A stretch of DNA of 54,940 nt, taken from the NCBI GenBank assembly GCA_036339735.1, contig JAYZAL010000086.1, positions 1-54,940 on the forward strand, read 5' to 3'. Positions 30,064 through 40,525 of this stretch are shown here, piece after piece. How positions within the stretch are numbered: position 1 is the first letter of the stretch; every line of letters begins with the position of its first letter. The notes under the pieces were generated by a model that saw only the letters and a program-made list of their open reading frames with translations, searched no databases and was not told the DNA's origin. This DNA comes from Candidatus Poribacteria bacterium. GTDB taxonomy: Bacteria > Poribacteria > WGA-4E > UBA9662. A program made the translations under genes and the position numbers.

Positions 30064-30591
30064 ATGAATTTCAATATTAGAGTTTTTGAATCTGCAGACC
30101 AGCCACACCTAGACCGCATCCGCCGCTCGCAGCTTACTGCGAGTATTCCTCGTCAAAGATTAGCTGAACTAACTCAAAGTCAGCAGATCGAGCGCATGGA
30201 AAATTGGTATAACGAGAAGGTTGTTTTTTTACAGAATGTTCCCATCTCTAGGACTTACGTTGCCGTGGATGAACAAGATCAGCCAATCGGTTATGTAATA
30301 GTAATTGCTGAAGCTAAGGACGATTTTCGGCCGGAGCGACAAGGTTTTTTATGTGATTTAGCAGTTGAGGAAGACTACTGGGGGGGAGCCGTAGCTACAG
30401 CCCTGATTGAGGCTGCCGAAGGCTACGTTAAAAGGATGGGTCATGAGTTCATGATGCTAAATGTCAGCTCCTACAATCAACGAGCGATCAATTTTTACCA
30501 TAAGCTTGGTTATTCCGACGAATGGATAATGATGGGTAAGCGTTTGCCTTTGGACAATACGCTGCAAAACGTCGACGAAGAATTGAATTAG
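30064..30591 (+). CDS. GNAT family N-acetyltransferase
   Basis: LAVEEDYWGGAVATALI, LNVSSYNQRAINFYHKLGY. Confidence 0.9.
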   Translation: MNFNIRVFESADQPHLDRIRRSQLTASIPRQRLAELTQSQQIERMENWYNEKVVFLQNVPISRTYVAVDEQDQPIGYVIVIAEAKDDFRPERQGFLCDLAVEEDYWGGAVATALIEAAEGYVKRMGHEFMMLNVSSYNQRAINFYHKLGYSDEWIMMGKRLPLDNTLQNVDEELN

Positions 30592-31404
30592 ATGGCTATT
30601 TTGGGCTGTAACACACAACTTTTTGCTGGTCATTCTCTAGACGAAATTTTACCTCTTATCGTGGAAGCTGGCTATGAAAATATTGATCTTTTTTCACAGC
30701 CAGTAGGACCTCTGAGCCACCCATTGATCCAACTAGGACGCCCTTCGTCATACTATACTGACCTGAAAAGAAAAATTTCGCTTTTTGGTCTAAAGATTGG
30801 ATCTTTGAGTGGGACTTTCGGGATCGAAATTGGTAGTCCTGAGTTTGATAGAGTAGTTGAAGTTTGCCACATGATGGGATTGCGAGCAATCGCTATTGAA
30901 TCAGCCGGATTGTCTGACAATGATGAAGCGTTTAGTTGGATGCTGAATGCAGTAAATCGTAGTTCCCTTCTGGCAGCCCAAGCTGAAATCAAAATCATGA
31001 TCAAGCCTTATTTTGGTAAGTCAGTGTATTCGTTGGAAACAGCAACCAAGTTTACACAGTCAGTTGACTCAGATTGGGTCGGCATTAACTTCGACGCAAG
31101 CCAGCTATGGTTCGCAGAACCTGAACTCGATCCTATTGAGAGCTTAGATCGATTGAAGGATTTTGTTTGTTGTTTTAGCCTCCGAGATTGTCAGCGAGGA
31201 CAAATGCCAACGTTGGATGATCAACAAATCCCGGGACAAGGAGATATTGAGTTTGAAGCTCTAGCCGAAGTTGCATCTGATATTAGTAACGCCTCAATGG
31301 CTATGTTGGATTTACATTCAACTCCACACCGCTCGCTGGATGATCTACGTAAATGGCTGGATCAGTCAATTCAATATTTGCAACCACTTTTTGCTCAAAG
31401 TTAG
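30592..31404 (+). CDS. sugar phosphate isomerase/epimerase family (AP endonuclease 2 TIM barrel)
   Basis: AGYENIDL, VGINFDASQ, LRD, IPGQGDIEF. Several usual metal ligands look substituted. Confidence 0.75.
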   Translation: MAILGCNTQLFAGHSLDEILPLIVEAGYENIDLFSQPVGPLSHPLIQLGRPSSYYTDLKRKISLFGLKIGSLSGTFGIEIGSPEFDRVVEVCHMMGLRAIAIESAGLSDNDEAFSWMLNAVNRSSLLAAQAEIKIMIKPYFGKSVYSLETATKFTQSVDSDWVGINFDASQLWFAEPELDPIESLDRLKDFVCCFSLRDCQRGQMPTLDDQQIPGQGDIEFEALAEVASDISNASMAMLDLHSTPHRSLDDLRKWLDQSIQYLQPLFAQS

Positions 31405-32015
31405 TCTTCGAAGTTCAACACGTACGCCAAATAAAGTTGCAAGAAAAGTATCGGTGTACTTGTTGTGTAACCGAAGCCAAAAAAGCTAATTAAAATTGTG
31501 AATGATGAATTAGTTGAATCCCGACAAGAACTATTAGATATCCCTTATGAGTTTCTCTTCCTGATCTAGCCTTTTGATTTCCGGAATTTGCAGGTTAGAC
31601 TCTTTATTATCTCTCAGTCTCACTACAAGTAAGAATAAGAGATTTTGTTTCGAAAACTGTGGTGGTTTGTTGGGTATTTTCATACTCTTGTCTTATGCTT
31701 AAGATCACTGGGTCTAATTAATAGAAAAAACAGACCAAGAATGTTTTTGACTATATATTCTCTAACCAGACCTAAGTTTCATGTAAATGGTAATTTGGTG
31801 CAGAATTTAGTATTGTTCGAAGCACAATAATACTTGTTTGAAATGGCTTTCCAGATTTAAAAAAGACATTTTGAGCCGTATTGGTTTCATATACTCAGCA
31901 ATTTCAATGTTCCCCATACTAATGCGACAGATGGTGTAATGCATACTGAATGCACTTTGTCTCTGATATTTCTGAAAAAATAAAAATAGTATTAAAATGA
32001 GGCAAAAATTTTTTC

Positions 32016-32894
32016 GTGAGTCTGCCTAAAGAACTTCTAGCCCAACTAAGTCGGCTAAAGTTACAATCCAAATCTTGCTTTAGTAGCAAGTTTAAAGGAG
32101 AACATCAAAGTACCATGCATGGCTCTGGTTTAGAATTTGCTGATTATCGAGCGTATCAGCCAGGGGACGAGCTTAGCCATGTTGATTGGAATCTGTATGC
32201 TCGTTCAGGACGTAGTTTTGTCAAGGTTTTTCAATTTGAATCTGACCTGACAGTTTCTCTGTTAATTGATGGTAGTATTTCAATGGACTTTGGCACACCA
32301 AAAAAAATTGACTTAGCCAGAAATATTGCTCTTGCACTTAGCTACGTAGTACTAAACAATAGCGATCATGTTCAGTTATATGCCTGCCAAGAGAATTTGA
32401 CCCCGATTTCTTCTGCCATTTACGGGTTACCTGAATTTTTTCATCTATCAGCTTCCGCAATGGCAGGCTTGTCAAACTTGGGCTCTTTAGACTTAGCCGC
32501 ATGCCTACAGCAGTTTACTGAACTAAACCAACCAGGTTTAGTAATTCTAATTTCTGATTTTTTTGATCACTCAGCATACCAAGACATGCTCACTTTACTA
32601 GTTGGCCAGAAATTCGAAGTAATACTGATCCAGATTTTGTCATCAGAGGAACTAGACCCAGACCTTTCCGGAGAGGCTCAATTGGTTGATGTCGAAACGC
32701 AGAAAAGTAAAGATGTCTCAGTTACACAAAGATCCTTGTCTACCTATAGGAAAAACTTGGAACATTTCCTCAACCAGATACAGAACTTCTGTCAGAAACA
32801 TAGTATTACTTATTTGCAAACTAATAACCAAAACTCATTGGAGCAAATTATACTAGAAGATCTCCGAAAAGTTGGGTTAATTGACACTATTTAA
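32016..32894 (+). CDS. DUF58 domain protein (vWA-like, MoxR-associated)
   Basis: GSGLEFADYRAYQPGDELSHVDWNLYAR, DGSISM, ILISDF, DVET. Confidence 0.92.
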   Translation: MSLPKELLAQLSRLKLQSKSCFSSKFKGEHQSTMHGSGLEFADYRAYQPGDELSHVDWNLYARSGRSFVKVFQFESDLTVSLLIDGSISMDFGTPKKIDLARNIALALSYVVLNNSDHVQLYACQENLTPISSAIYGLPEFFHLSASAMAGLSNLGSLDLAACLQQFTELNQPGLVILISDFFDHSAYQDMLTLLVGQKFEVILIQILSSEELDPDLSGEAQLVDVETQKSKDVSVTQRSLSTYRKNLEHFLNQIQNFCQKHSITYLQTNNQNSLEQIILEDLRKVGLIDTI

Positions 32895-32958
32895 AATTTT
32901 TACCAATTAATTGATTTTACTCATATGAGAGCACGGGAAAGCTGAGGTAAAACCGATC

Positions 32959-35055
32959 ATGCTTACTTGCCTACGGTCTACAGATTGGATAATTAATAGC
33001 AAATCTTTTAAGGCCTCCGTAGATCATGTTGGTTCACGACTATTTTTGACCAACGGTTTGATTAGTAGGGGATGGAAATTAGAGCCAAATTTGGCTTGTA
33101 TATCTTTTGATAATCTCATGACTGGCGAGACGCTCCTGAGGGCAGTCAAACCGGAAGCTGAAGTAACAATCAACGGTGAGACCTATCAGGTTGGTGGCCT
33201 GATGGGCCAATCTAACTTGGCTTACTTAACTGAATCAATCATTGAAGAATTGGTTGTCGAACCATCTGCGCTAAAATTATCTAACTGGGACGTTAGCCAA
33301 CCAATCCCTCGATTCGGTTGGCCCAAAAATCGCCACCACGCGCCAAATTCTGATTGGCCACCCAAAGGTATCAGATTATCGTTCGAATTCTTATCTCCTG
33401 ATCCATATTTTGAATTAACCGTTCATTATGAACTTTACGATGGTATACCAGCTTTATCTAAATGGCTAACGGTAGAAAACCACGGCACACGGCCTTTTGT
33501 GATTGACCAGTTCGTGTCAGAGATATTAGCCTTAACCCCCTATGAAGATCCAGTTGAGTGGAGAGAAGTACCGATTGCACCTCCGAATATACATGTAGAA
33601 ACAGATTATGCATTTGGTGGTTTTTCACATAAGAATAGCAGCCGGCACAGCATACATTGGCTAACGGATATTGATTTTAAGACACAGGTCAACTATGATT
33701 TACAGAATCCTTGCCTACTACATGTAAAACCACAATTAGGTCCAAATCAGGATTTGGCCGTAGGCCAAACGTGGGAATCTTTTCATACCTTTGAATTAGT
33801 TTACGATAGCACTGATCGAGAGCGATGTGGGCTAGCTCTGAAAAAACTATATCGGACTATTGCTCCTTGGGTAACGGAAAACCCACTTATTCTACACGTT
33901 GTAAGTACTGACTCAGAAACGGTTTATCGAGCTATTGATCAAGCCAGTGAATGCGGATTTGAGATGCTGAGCCTCAGTTTTGGTAGTGGTATAGATATGG
34001 AAGACAATTCCGATAAAAATTACCAAAAGTACCGATCATTCGTTGATTACGCGACGGATAAAGGTATTGCTATAGGAGGATATTCTCTACTGTCGAGTCG
34101 GCGTATACAACCAGATAGAGAGAATATTGTTAATCCAAAAACAGGTGAACCGGGAGGTCAGACACACGGTTACTGCCCAGCCTTAGCTTCAAATTGGGGT
34201 CAAACTTACTTTCACCGCTTACGAACTTTCTTCGAAAATACAGGTTTCCTCCAGTTTACACACGATGGCTCGTATCCTGGGGATATTGATGCGGCAGAAC
34301 GATTACCCCTTCAAAAAGGTTCTATAGACTCACAGTGGGTTCAATGGCGAATCATCACTGATTTTTATAAGTCGCAGAGAGAAAAAGGGATTTATATTCG
34401 TGTACCAGACTACTACTATCTTAGTGGGGCTAACGAGGCTGGGATGGGTTACCGAGAAGTTAATTGGTCTCTTCCACGGATACAACAGCAGATTCATACT
34501 CGCCAGAATATCTTCGATGGTACATGGCAAAAAACACCTAGCATGGGATGGATGTTTGTGCCACTAACGCAGTACCATGGTGGAGGTGCTGATGCTACTA
34601 TTGAACCTTTAGAGGATCATCTGGATCACTATGAGATCATGTTAGCTAGTAACCTTCTGCAAGGAGTGCAAGCGGTGTACCGTGGGTTACGGCTATACGA
34701 TACAGAGCAAACGAGAGATATGGTTAAACGTTTAGTAGACCTGTACAAAAAATATAGGCACATTTTGGAATCTGACTTAATTCACTTACGTCGAGCAAAC
34801 GGCCGGACTCTCGACTACATGCTACACGTGAATTCGGACCTGGATGAAAAAGGATTTTTGTCAGTCTTTAATCCAACTCCTAATTCCATTAAGCAAGAGA
34901 TTTATTTACCACTTTATTACACAGGCTTAACTGATTCAGCTGAGGTAAGCTATCAAGACCAGCCACCAGTTATTCATCAACTTGACCGTTGTTTTTGCAT
35001 TGAATTGTTAGTAGAGGTACCAGCAAATTCCTATACGTGGTTTGTTATTAGATAG
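32959..35055 (+). CDS. alpha-galactosidase-like (clan GH-D-like) putative glycoside hydrolase
   Basis: N-terminal beta-sandwich (HYELYDGIP..KWL), barrel with HDGSYPGD, C-terminal VFNPT..LPLYYTGL domain. Family assignment by resemblance only. Confidence 0.6.
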   Translation: MLTCLRSTDWIINSKSFKASVDHVGSRLFLTNGLISRGWKLEPNLACISFDNLMTGETLLRAVKPEAEVTINGETYQVGGLMGQSNLAYLTESIIEELVVEPSALKLSNWDVSQPIPRFGWPKNRHHAPNSDWPPKGIRLSFEFLSPDPYFELTVHYELYDGIPALSKWLTVENHGTRPFVIDQFVSEILALTPYEDPVEWREVPIAPPNIHVETDYAFGGFSHKNSSRHSIHWLTDIDFKTQVNYDLQNPCLLHVKPQLGPNQDLAVGQTWESFHTFELVYDSTDRERCGLALKKLYRTIAPWVTENPLILHVVSTDSETVYRAIDQASECGFEMLSLSFGSGIDMEDNSDKNYQKYRSFVDYATDKGIAIGGYSLLSSRRIQPDRENIVNPKTGEPGGQTHGYCPALASNWGQTYFHRLRTFFENTGFLQFTHDGSYPGDIDAAERLPLQKGSIDSQWVQWRIITDFYKSQREKGIYIRVPDYYYLSGANEAGMGYREVNWSLPRIQQQIHTRQNIFDGTWQKTPSMGWMFVPLTQYHGGGADATIEPLEDHLDHYEIMLASNLLQGVQAVYRGLRLYDTEQTRDMVKRLVDLYKKYRHILESDLIHLRRANGRTLDYMLHVNSDLDEKGFLSVFNPTPNSIKQEIYLPLYYTGLTDSAEVSYQDQPPVIHQLDRCFCIELLVEVPANSYTWFVIR

Positions 35056-35162
35056 AAACAGCAATTTTAAATTTGTTATAGATTAACTCTGACCTTACTA
35101 ATTACAAGTCAATCACAACAACTATTTAGAATGATAGTGATCTGGAATTAGTCCACACAATT

Positions 35163-36794
35163 CTAAGGATAGGCAATGACAAGGTTGTCTTCTCGTTCGA
35201 TTTCGATCAGAATTCGATCTGGAGATTTCAAGGGGAAAAGTTCAGGTGGTAAAGTCGCCCAACCAATGATTGTAGTATTGGGTTCCTCAAATAAGTGCCT
35301 AATCAAATTTTGCTTACTAATAATTCGAGCATACTTTACCTGTCGGTCAGTCAGCTTACTTGTGATTGATGTCCTATAAAATTCATCTTGAAATTGACGA
35401 TATGGAATAACATCTTTCGCCGCTCCTCTACTTTCAATCAACTCGGCCTTTTTGTCCGAAATTCGCCACCCAGCGGATAGATCTTTCAATAATATTTTTT
35501 GATCTTCCTTTTTCAAGTCCAAAAACACCTCTGCTTCTATGACCTGCATTTGCCATGGATCACAAGTCACTTGAACCGAAGACTCATCCCCAATTTGAAT
35601 AAGTGGAGTCTCAGATTCTTGACTCTGACTTTGAATTGCCGAATGCTTGGGTAGTTTTAATCGTATCTCAGTTCTCTTCTTGCTAATCAAGCCTAGATAA
35701 GTTTTTAGATGTATACGCTCTGTTTGTCCGTATACAGTAGCAATAGAAAAGTGGCTAACACTAATTTGATCCGGCGTAAACGGAAAGACCAGAATCAATA
35801 TGAATAAGAACGGAATCAGAATCGATAAGATTAAATATTTCTGATATGTTTGGTGATGAACCCACCATATCAGTAAGCAATAAAATGAAAAAACAATGAC
35901 TAAGTATCGTATCAGCGACGAAGAGCTAGGTTTGAAAGATTTTAAATACTGATGAATTTGTTCTTGATGTCGACGGAAAGGCTCGTATTGAACTTCTGCA
36001 TTTCTCGGTGAAATCGAATAATCTAAAAAAAAACTGTTCCCAAACTCGATTAGCATGTCTTCAAAGTCGTATGGGAGAATACCCAAACGACCATGTCCTA
36101 TAGCATATAGATCAACCTTTGATGATTGTAGGAAGGGTTTCATTTTGATAAAAGGCGAAAGAAAGTGAGACTTTTGATCATTATCAAGTGATAGTAATAA
36201 GGTTCCTCCACGGCAGATCCAATCCAAGATGGCCGCTTGCTTAGCAGGCGGGAAGTAACGATCGTTCAACCGAACTTGGTGTAGAACCATCAGATCAACG
36301 CTTTCATAAGCGATCCAGTACGTCGGTAGATCATTTGGCGTAATAAATTCGAATACAGTTCGGCCAGATGGTTTATCTACATAATTATCAATTGGGGACA
36401 CAATCAGAACAACTGTAGAATCAAGCGGTTTAGAGACAGGTACATCTAATGTCTTTACTAAGCGTAATTCCCCTAAATAGCTGATTAATCGAAGTTTTAT
36501 TTCTACCGAATAGTCTGGTATATAAACCGGGAGTAACAAGCGCCGTCGATCAACTGGCTGCAAAACTAGCGGACGAAAATAGCTTTGGTCTTCTTGCCCA
36601 CTTATGACTTCATTCACCTGTAACCCGATTTTTCCTTCAAAGGACTCGTACTGACTAGCAACAGTCACCTCTACAATTGCCCATCGGTTTGGCTTGTAAC
36701 ACTGTTTTAATCCGAATTCAATCTCGGAGAATTCGATTTTAGCTGTGGCTAACTGTTCAACTAGTAAAATTAGAAAGAACAGAAAAATTACCAC
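35163..36794 (-). CDS. hypothetical membrane protein with GATase-like central domain
   Basis: Signal peptide, LPTYWIAYESVDL, AILDWICRGGTLL, two TM helices. Confidence 0.6.
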   Translation of the reverse strand: MVIFLFFLILLVEQLATAKIEFSEIEFGLKQCYKPNRWAIVEVTVASQYESFEGKIGLQVNEVISGQEDQSYFRPLVLQPVDRRRLLLPVYIPDYSVEIKLRLISYLGELRLVKTLDVPVSKPLDSTVVLIVSPIDNYVDKPSGRTVFEFITPNDLPTYWIAYESVDLMVLHQVRLNDRYFPPAKQAAILDWICRGGTLLLSLDNDQKSHFLSPFIKMKPFLQSSKVDLYAIGHGRLGILPYDFEDMLIEFGNSFFLDYSISPRNAEVQYEPFRRHQEQIHQYLKSFKPSSSSLIRYLVIVFSFYCLLIWWVHHQTYQKYLILSILIPFLFILILVFPFTPDQISVSHFSIATVYGQTERIHLKTYLGLISKKRTEIRLKLPKHSAIQSQSQESETPLIQIGDESSVQVTCDPWQMQVIEAEVFLDLKKEDQKILLKDLSAGWRISDKKAELIESRGAAKDVIPYRQFQDEFYRTSITSKLTDRQVKYARIISKQNLIRHLFEEPNTTIIGWATLPPELFPLKSPDRILIEIEREDNLVIAYP

Positions 36795-36800
36795 TTGAAA

Positions 36801-38312
36801 CTAAAAGCTACTTAACCCTTTGGGGGTGTGGTTACGATAAATGGGGTCAACACGTGGCGAGTAACCTTCAGGGAATTCATCGTAGACGGATCGGCCATCT
36901 TGGAAAAGTTGCCAAGCATCAGGAGTTTGAGGAACTGGATCTGGTTGTGGAAACTGACGCCAGTTTTTACCATCTAGCGGTTCATCGTATCCGTCTTTTC
37001 GAAAACGATTAATCAGGTATTCACGATGATTGCTGAGTTGGGGTTGAAAGGCTGGATTGCCCGCTAAATTTCGGTTTTCAAGCTGTTGAGCTAGTCGACG
37101 GAATAGCCACTCCTTTCGATCAGCTGCGGAATAGATATACTTGAAATCGGAACTAATTAGAGCGTAGAGACCTCGGTCACCTTGACTATATTGTCCGATA
37201 ACTGGCTCGCGTTCGATCTTGCTGCTTCCTACTTCCGCAAGATCGAAGCCTGCATGTCTAGGTTCAGTTGATAGGCCAGCTGCATTCAGGCAGGTTGGTA
37301 GTACATCAACTAAACTAACCGGTTGCTCACATTCAATACCTGCAGAAAATCGTTCTGGATAACGAACCAAGAGTGGAATACGACTAGCGGAGTCCAAAAA
37401 TGACCTTTTACCGTAACTATTGAAGTCCCCTAATAATTCCCCATGATCAGAAGTGAACAAAATTAGTGTCTCATCTAGAGTTCCATCTATAGCTAATTGA
37501 TCCAAGATACGACCCACTTGGTAGTCGATTTGGGAAATGGTTGCATAATAAGCTGCCTTGGTTAATCGCAAAAGATTCATGTCGCACCCTTGATCTCGAT
37601 ACTTGTACCTATTCTGAAAATGATTCCAGTAGGTCAAAAAATCACCACTTTCGGAAGGAAGATGTGGTGGAGACATCTCAATCATTCGGTACAAACGACT
37701 CCAAGGTACTGGAGCTTCAAATGGAGGGTGTGGTTTAATAAAACTCGTCCAACAGAAAAAAGGTCGGTCTTTATCTCGTTGGTTGAGAAATTCTAGCGTT
37801 TTATCGCCCAACCAAGTAGTGTGGTGTAGCCGCTCCGGTAACTGTGATGGCTGCGGTACATAGTAGTATTCACTCCTCTCTCCTTGTGGGGCAACGACAT
37901 GATTATAACCATTTTGGTTCAAGTATTGACGGAAATCGTCTTCACCTCCGCCTTCTTCAGAAAAAATACGTGTCTCATATCCCCAAAGTTTCCGACTATC
38001 AGGTGAGAAGTGCATCTTACCTATGCCGTGTGTCTGATAACCATCCTGATTTAGGTGCATCATAAGGGAAGTCCGGTCTTGGGGCATAGGGGAGTTAGAC
38101 GTCGATCCAGTCTTGTGGGGATATTCACCTAGCAAAAAGCTACAACGAGAAGCTACGCATACCGGGGACGGGCAATACGCAGAAGTGAAACTTGTACCTT
38201 CTCGCACTAATCTATCCAAAGCAGGAGTTTGAATAATGGGATTACCTAGAGCAGAAATAGTATCAAACCGTTGTTGGTCGGTCATAATAGCTAATATGTT
38301 AGGTTTCTTCAT
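36801..38312 (-). CDS. formylglycine-type sulfatase (S1)
   Basis: KPNIL.IMTDQQR, TPALDRL, CVASR, GKMH, KPHPPF, SDHG. Confidence 0.92.
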   Translation of the reverse strand: MKKPNILAIMTDQQRFDTISALGNPIIQTPALDRLVREGTSFTSAYCPSPVCVASRCSFLLGEYPHKTGSTSNSPMPQDRTSLMMHLNQDGYQTHGIGKMHFSPDSRKLWGYETRIFSEEGGGEDDFRQYLNQNGYNHVVAPQGERSEYYYVPQPSQLPERLHHTTWLGDKTLEFLNQRDKDRPFFCWTSFIKPHPPFEAPVPWSRLYRMIEMSPPHLPSESGDFLTYWNHFQNRYKYRDQGCDMNLLRLTKAAYYATISQIDYQVGRILDQLAIDGTLDETLILFTSDHGELLGDFNSYGKRSFLDSASRIPLLVRYPERFSAGIECEQPVSLVDVLPTCLNAAGLSTEPRHAGFDLAEVGSSKIEREPVIGQYSQGDRGLYALISSDFKYIYSAADRKEWLFRRLAQQLENRNLAGNPAFQPQLSNHREYLINRFRKDGYDEPLDGKNWRQFPQPDPVPQTPDAWQLFQDGRSVYDEFPEGYSPRVDPIYRNHTPKGLSSF

Positions 38313-38409
38313 TTAACGATCTCCAATTGAAGAAAAGATGGGTTTAATTAATCAATGAGTCAAAAGGTGAGTCTATAAGCTTGGTCTAAAATAATTTACT
38401 TTGTAAATG

Positions 38410-38435
38410 TACAAGACAGCTTTTTGCTGCTTGTA
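38410..38435. terminator. possible terminator hairpin downstream of the DUF362 gene
   Basis: tacaag-a-cagc / gctg-cttgta stem. No strong U-tract. Confidence 0.3.
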
Positions 38436-38522
38436 GGTCCAGCATCGATTGTGCGAAAAATTATCATTTTTGAATTCCAATCTAAAACTAGATTAGAAAT
38501 GAATTTAAAGAGAATAAAAACT

Positions 38523-39605
38523 TCAGACCTGAACTTCCTGTAGGTCGGCTTTATCTAAATCACTAGTGCCGAGTTCAGCTCTTTCAGCAGAACGAATGTA
38601 CTTAGCTAAAGATCGAACAGGCTCCAGATTTTTAGTGCGTCGTTTTTCATCAAGAGATTCCAGCATTATTTGATCTAAAATTACTGGGTCAGTGCTGGCC
38701 ATAATCCTTCCAGCTTTCCACACCGAGTTTGCATCGTATATCGGGCCGCCATTATAACTAGCATAAAGTCCATCAACAACATTTAATACTAATTTATCCT
38801 TGATGACAGTATGAGCAAAAATTTCGCTGATAGCAGGATCACAATTTAACGGATTAGAATGAAAACGGCTAGTGTTATTAACACTACCAAAAGCTAGGTT
38901 TTTAAGGCAACCACTGAGGCCAGTAATACCGTTGTGTTTGAAAACAGGAACATTAATAATCACTGTCGCCATTTGAGTAATGATTCGACTATAAAATGAC
39001 TTCAATAATCCTTTTTCTCGGCGACTAGAAATATCTTCTTCAGTTTCATAAAACACTTCTTGGTCATAACCAATCCCACTGCTATCTGTTGCAAAGCATT
39101 GTCGGTCCTTCCCACCGATATTTATACTGAAACCGGCATCAATCAGATGGCGCTGGAACCGATCCCAAACAATCACTTGGTTAGCTAAAACTCCAGCTTC
39201 GTAGAGACCATCCACAATGCGTTGAACAATAACTAAATCTGTCGAAAGTTTTCGACCCAATGGTTCTCCGGCAGCAGCCAAAGGGTTCACTTTGATAGCA
39301 ACGATATCGTTAGGTAATACTAGACTTTTCCATGCTGACTTGATGTCATTTGCTAGAGTCAATTTCACCAAGGCCTTATCGACCATCTCTCCGATGACGT
39401 CAGAGTTTGGGGCAGATCCGGCCCATAGCTTGTCGCTGGTAGCTTCCACCACAGGTACTGGGGGTTGCTCCTTAATCTCGCCAGACAAACCCATTTGGGC
39501 CACACTGGTTGAGGCTAAACTCAAACTGGTACCAATCGATCCAACAGCCGCTCGCTTTAGAAATCGGCGACGAGAAGAAGAATAAGCGGTAGTTTCTGTT
39601 TTCAT
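38523..39605 (-). CDS. Tat-exported DUF362 domain protein
   Basis: SRRRFLK Tat motif, AIKVN, INVPVFKHN, SGCLKN, STDPV. Confidence 0.85.
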   Translation of the reverse strand: MKTETTAYSSSRRRFLKRAAVGSIGTSLSLASTSVAQMGLSGEIKEQPPVPVVEATSDKLWAGSAPNSDVIGEMVDKALVKLTLANDIKSAWKSLVLPNDIVAIKVNPLAAAGEPLGRKLSTDLVIVQRIVDGLYEAGVLANQVIVWDRFQRHLIDAGFSINIGGKDRQCFATDSSGIGYDQEVFYETEEDISSRREKGLLKSFYSRIITQMATVIINVPVFKHNGITGLSGCLKNLAFGSVNNTSRFHSNPLNCDPAISEIFAHTVIKDKLVLNVVDGLYASYNGGPIYDANSVWKAGRIMASTDPVILDQIMLESLDEKRRTKNLEPVRSLAKYIRSAERAELGTSDLDKADLQEVQV

Positions 39606-39613
39606 CTGTCTAG

Positions 39614-40438
39614 TTAATTTAAATCTAATACACTTTCAATCCCATGAAGACCATTGGGAGCATTGACAATCCAACGAGCTGCTCGAATAGCTCCTCCTGC
39701 AAATGATTCTCGACTATGCGCACGGTGCACTACTTCTAGTCTCTCCCCAACTCCGGCAAAAAGAATAGTATGGTCTCCGACAATGTCCCCACCTCGAACT
39801 GCATGAATCCCTATTTCTTTATGGGGCCGCTCACCTACCAATCCTCTTCGACCATAAGAACCAACTTCTTTGATATCTCGACCCAATGCACTAGCGAGCA
39901 CTTCAGAAATTCGAACAGCAGTTCCACTTGGTGCGTCCTTTTTTATGTTATGGTGAGCTTCAATAACTTCCACATCGTATTCGTCCCCTAAAGTTTTTGC
40001 TACTAAATCAATAGCTTTGAGTAATACGTTGACACCTAAACTCATGTTCGGAGACATTAAACAAGGTAGATTTTTTGCTAGTTGATCTATTTCTTGTAGT
40101 TGTTCTTGATTAGCTCCAGTGGTACCAATTACCATGGATTTACCACCAAATTCCTGATTTGCACTCGCGACTTGCCTCAAGTGTTCAACTGTTGGAATCG
40201 GTGCCGAAAATTCGATTACAACATCACCCATTTCAATTATTTTAGTCAAATCATCAGTGATAGAAACACCAAGCTCGCCTACACCGGAATTTAATCCAGC
40301 GTCTTTGCCCAAATCAGGGTGGTTAGGTGCATCAATAGCTCCGACCAATACCATATCAGATTGGTGATCGACTAAACGAACTAACATTTTTCCCATCTGC
40401 CCACTTGCACCACAAATAATAACTCGAATTTGGCTCAT
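39614..40438 (-). CDS. dapB: 4-hydroxy-tetrahydrodipicolinate reductase
   Basis: GASGQMG, GTTG, NMSLGVN, EAHHNIKKDAPSGTA, RGGDIVGDH. Confidence 0.97.
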   Translation of the reverse strand: MSQIRVIICGASGQMGKMLVRLVDHQSDMVLVGAIDAPNHPDLGKDAGLNSGVGELGVSITDDLTKIIEMGDVVIEFSAPIPTVEHLRQVASANQEFGGKSMVIGTTGANQEQLQEIDQLAKNLPCLMSPNMSLGVNVLLKAIDLVAKTLGDEYDVEVIEAHHNIKKDAPSGTAVRISEVLASALGRDIKEVGSYGRRGLVGERPHKEIGIHAVRGGDIVGDHTILFAGVGERLEVVHRAHSRESFAGGAIRAARWIVNAPNGLHGIESVLDLN

Positions 40439-40525
40439 GACTGATTGTGCTCCTTGACGAATATAATTCTTATACGACTTCTCTAAGGGGTATAATCCGG
40501 TTTATTTAGTTAGCTAACTTCTAGC

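Noticed and set aside
31645-31830. 61-aa ORF in the second intergenic gap
   Set aside because: TTG start, no clear RBS and no recognisable features; likely a chance ORF.
31873-31900. GAGCCGTAT resembling the start of group II intron domain V
   Set aside because: The matching 3' side (ACGGTTC-like) and domain VI are absent.
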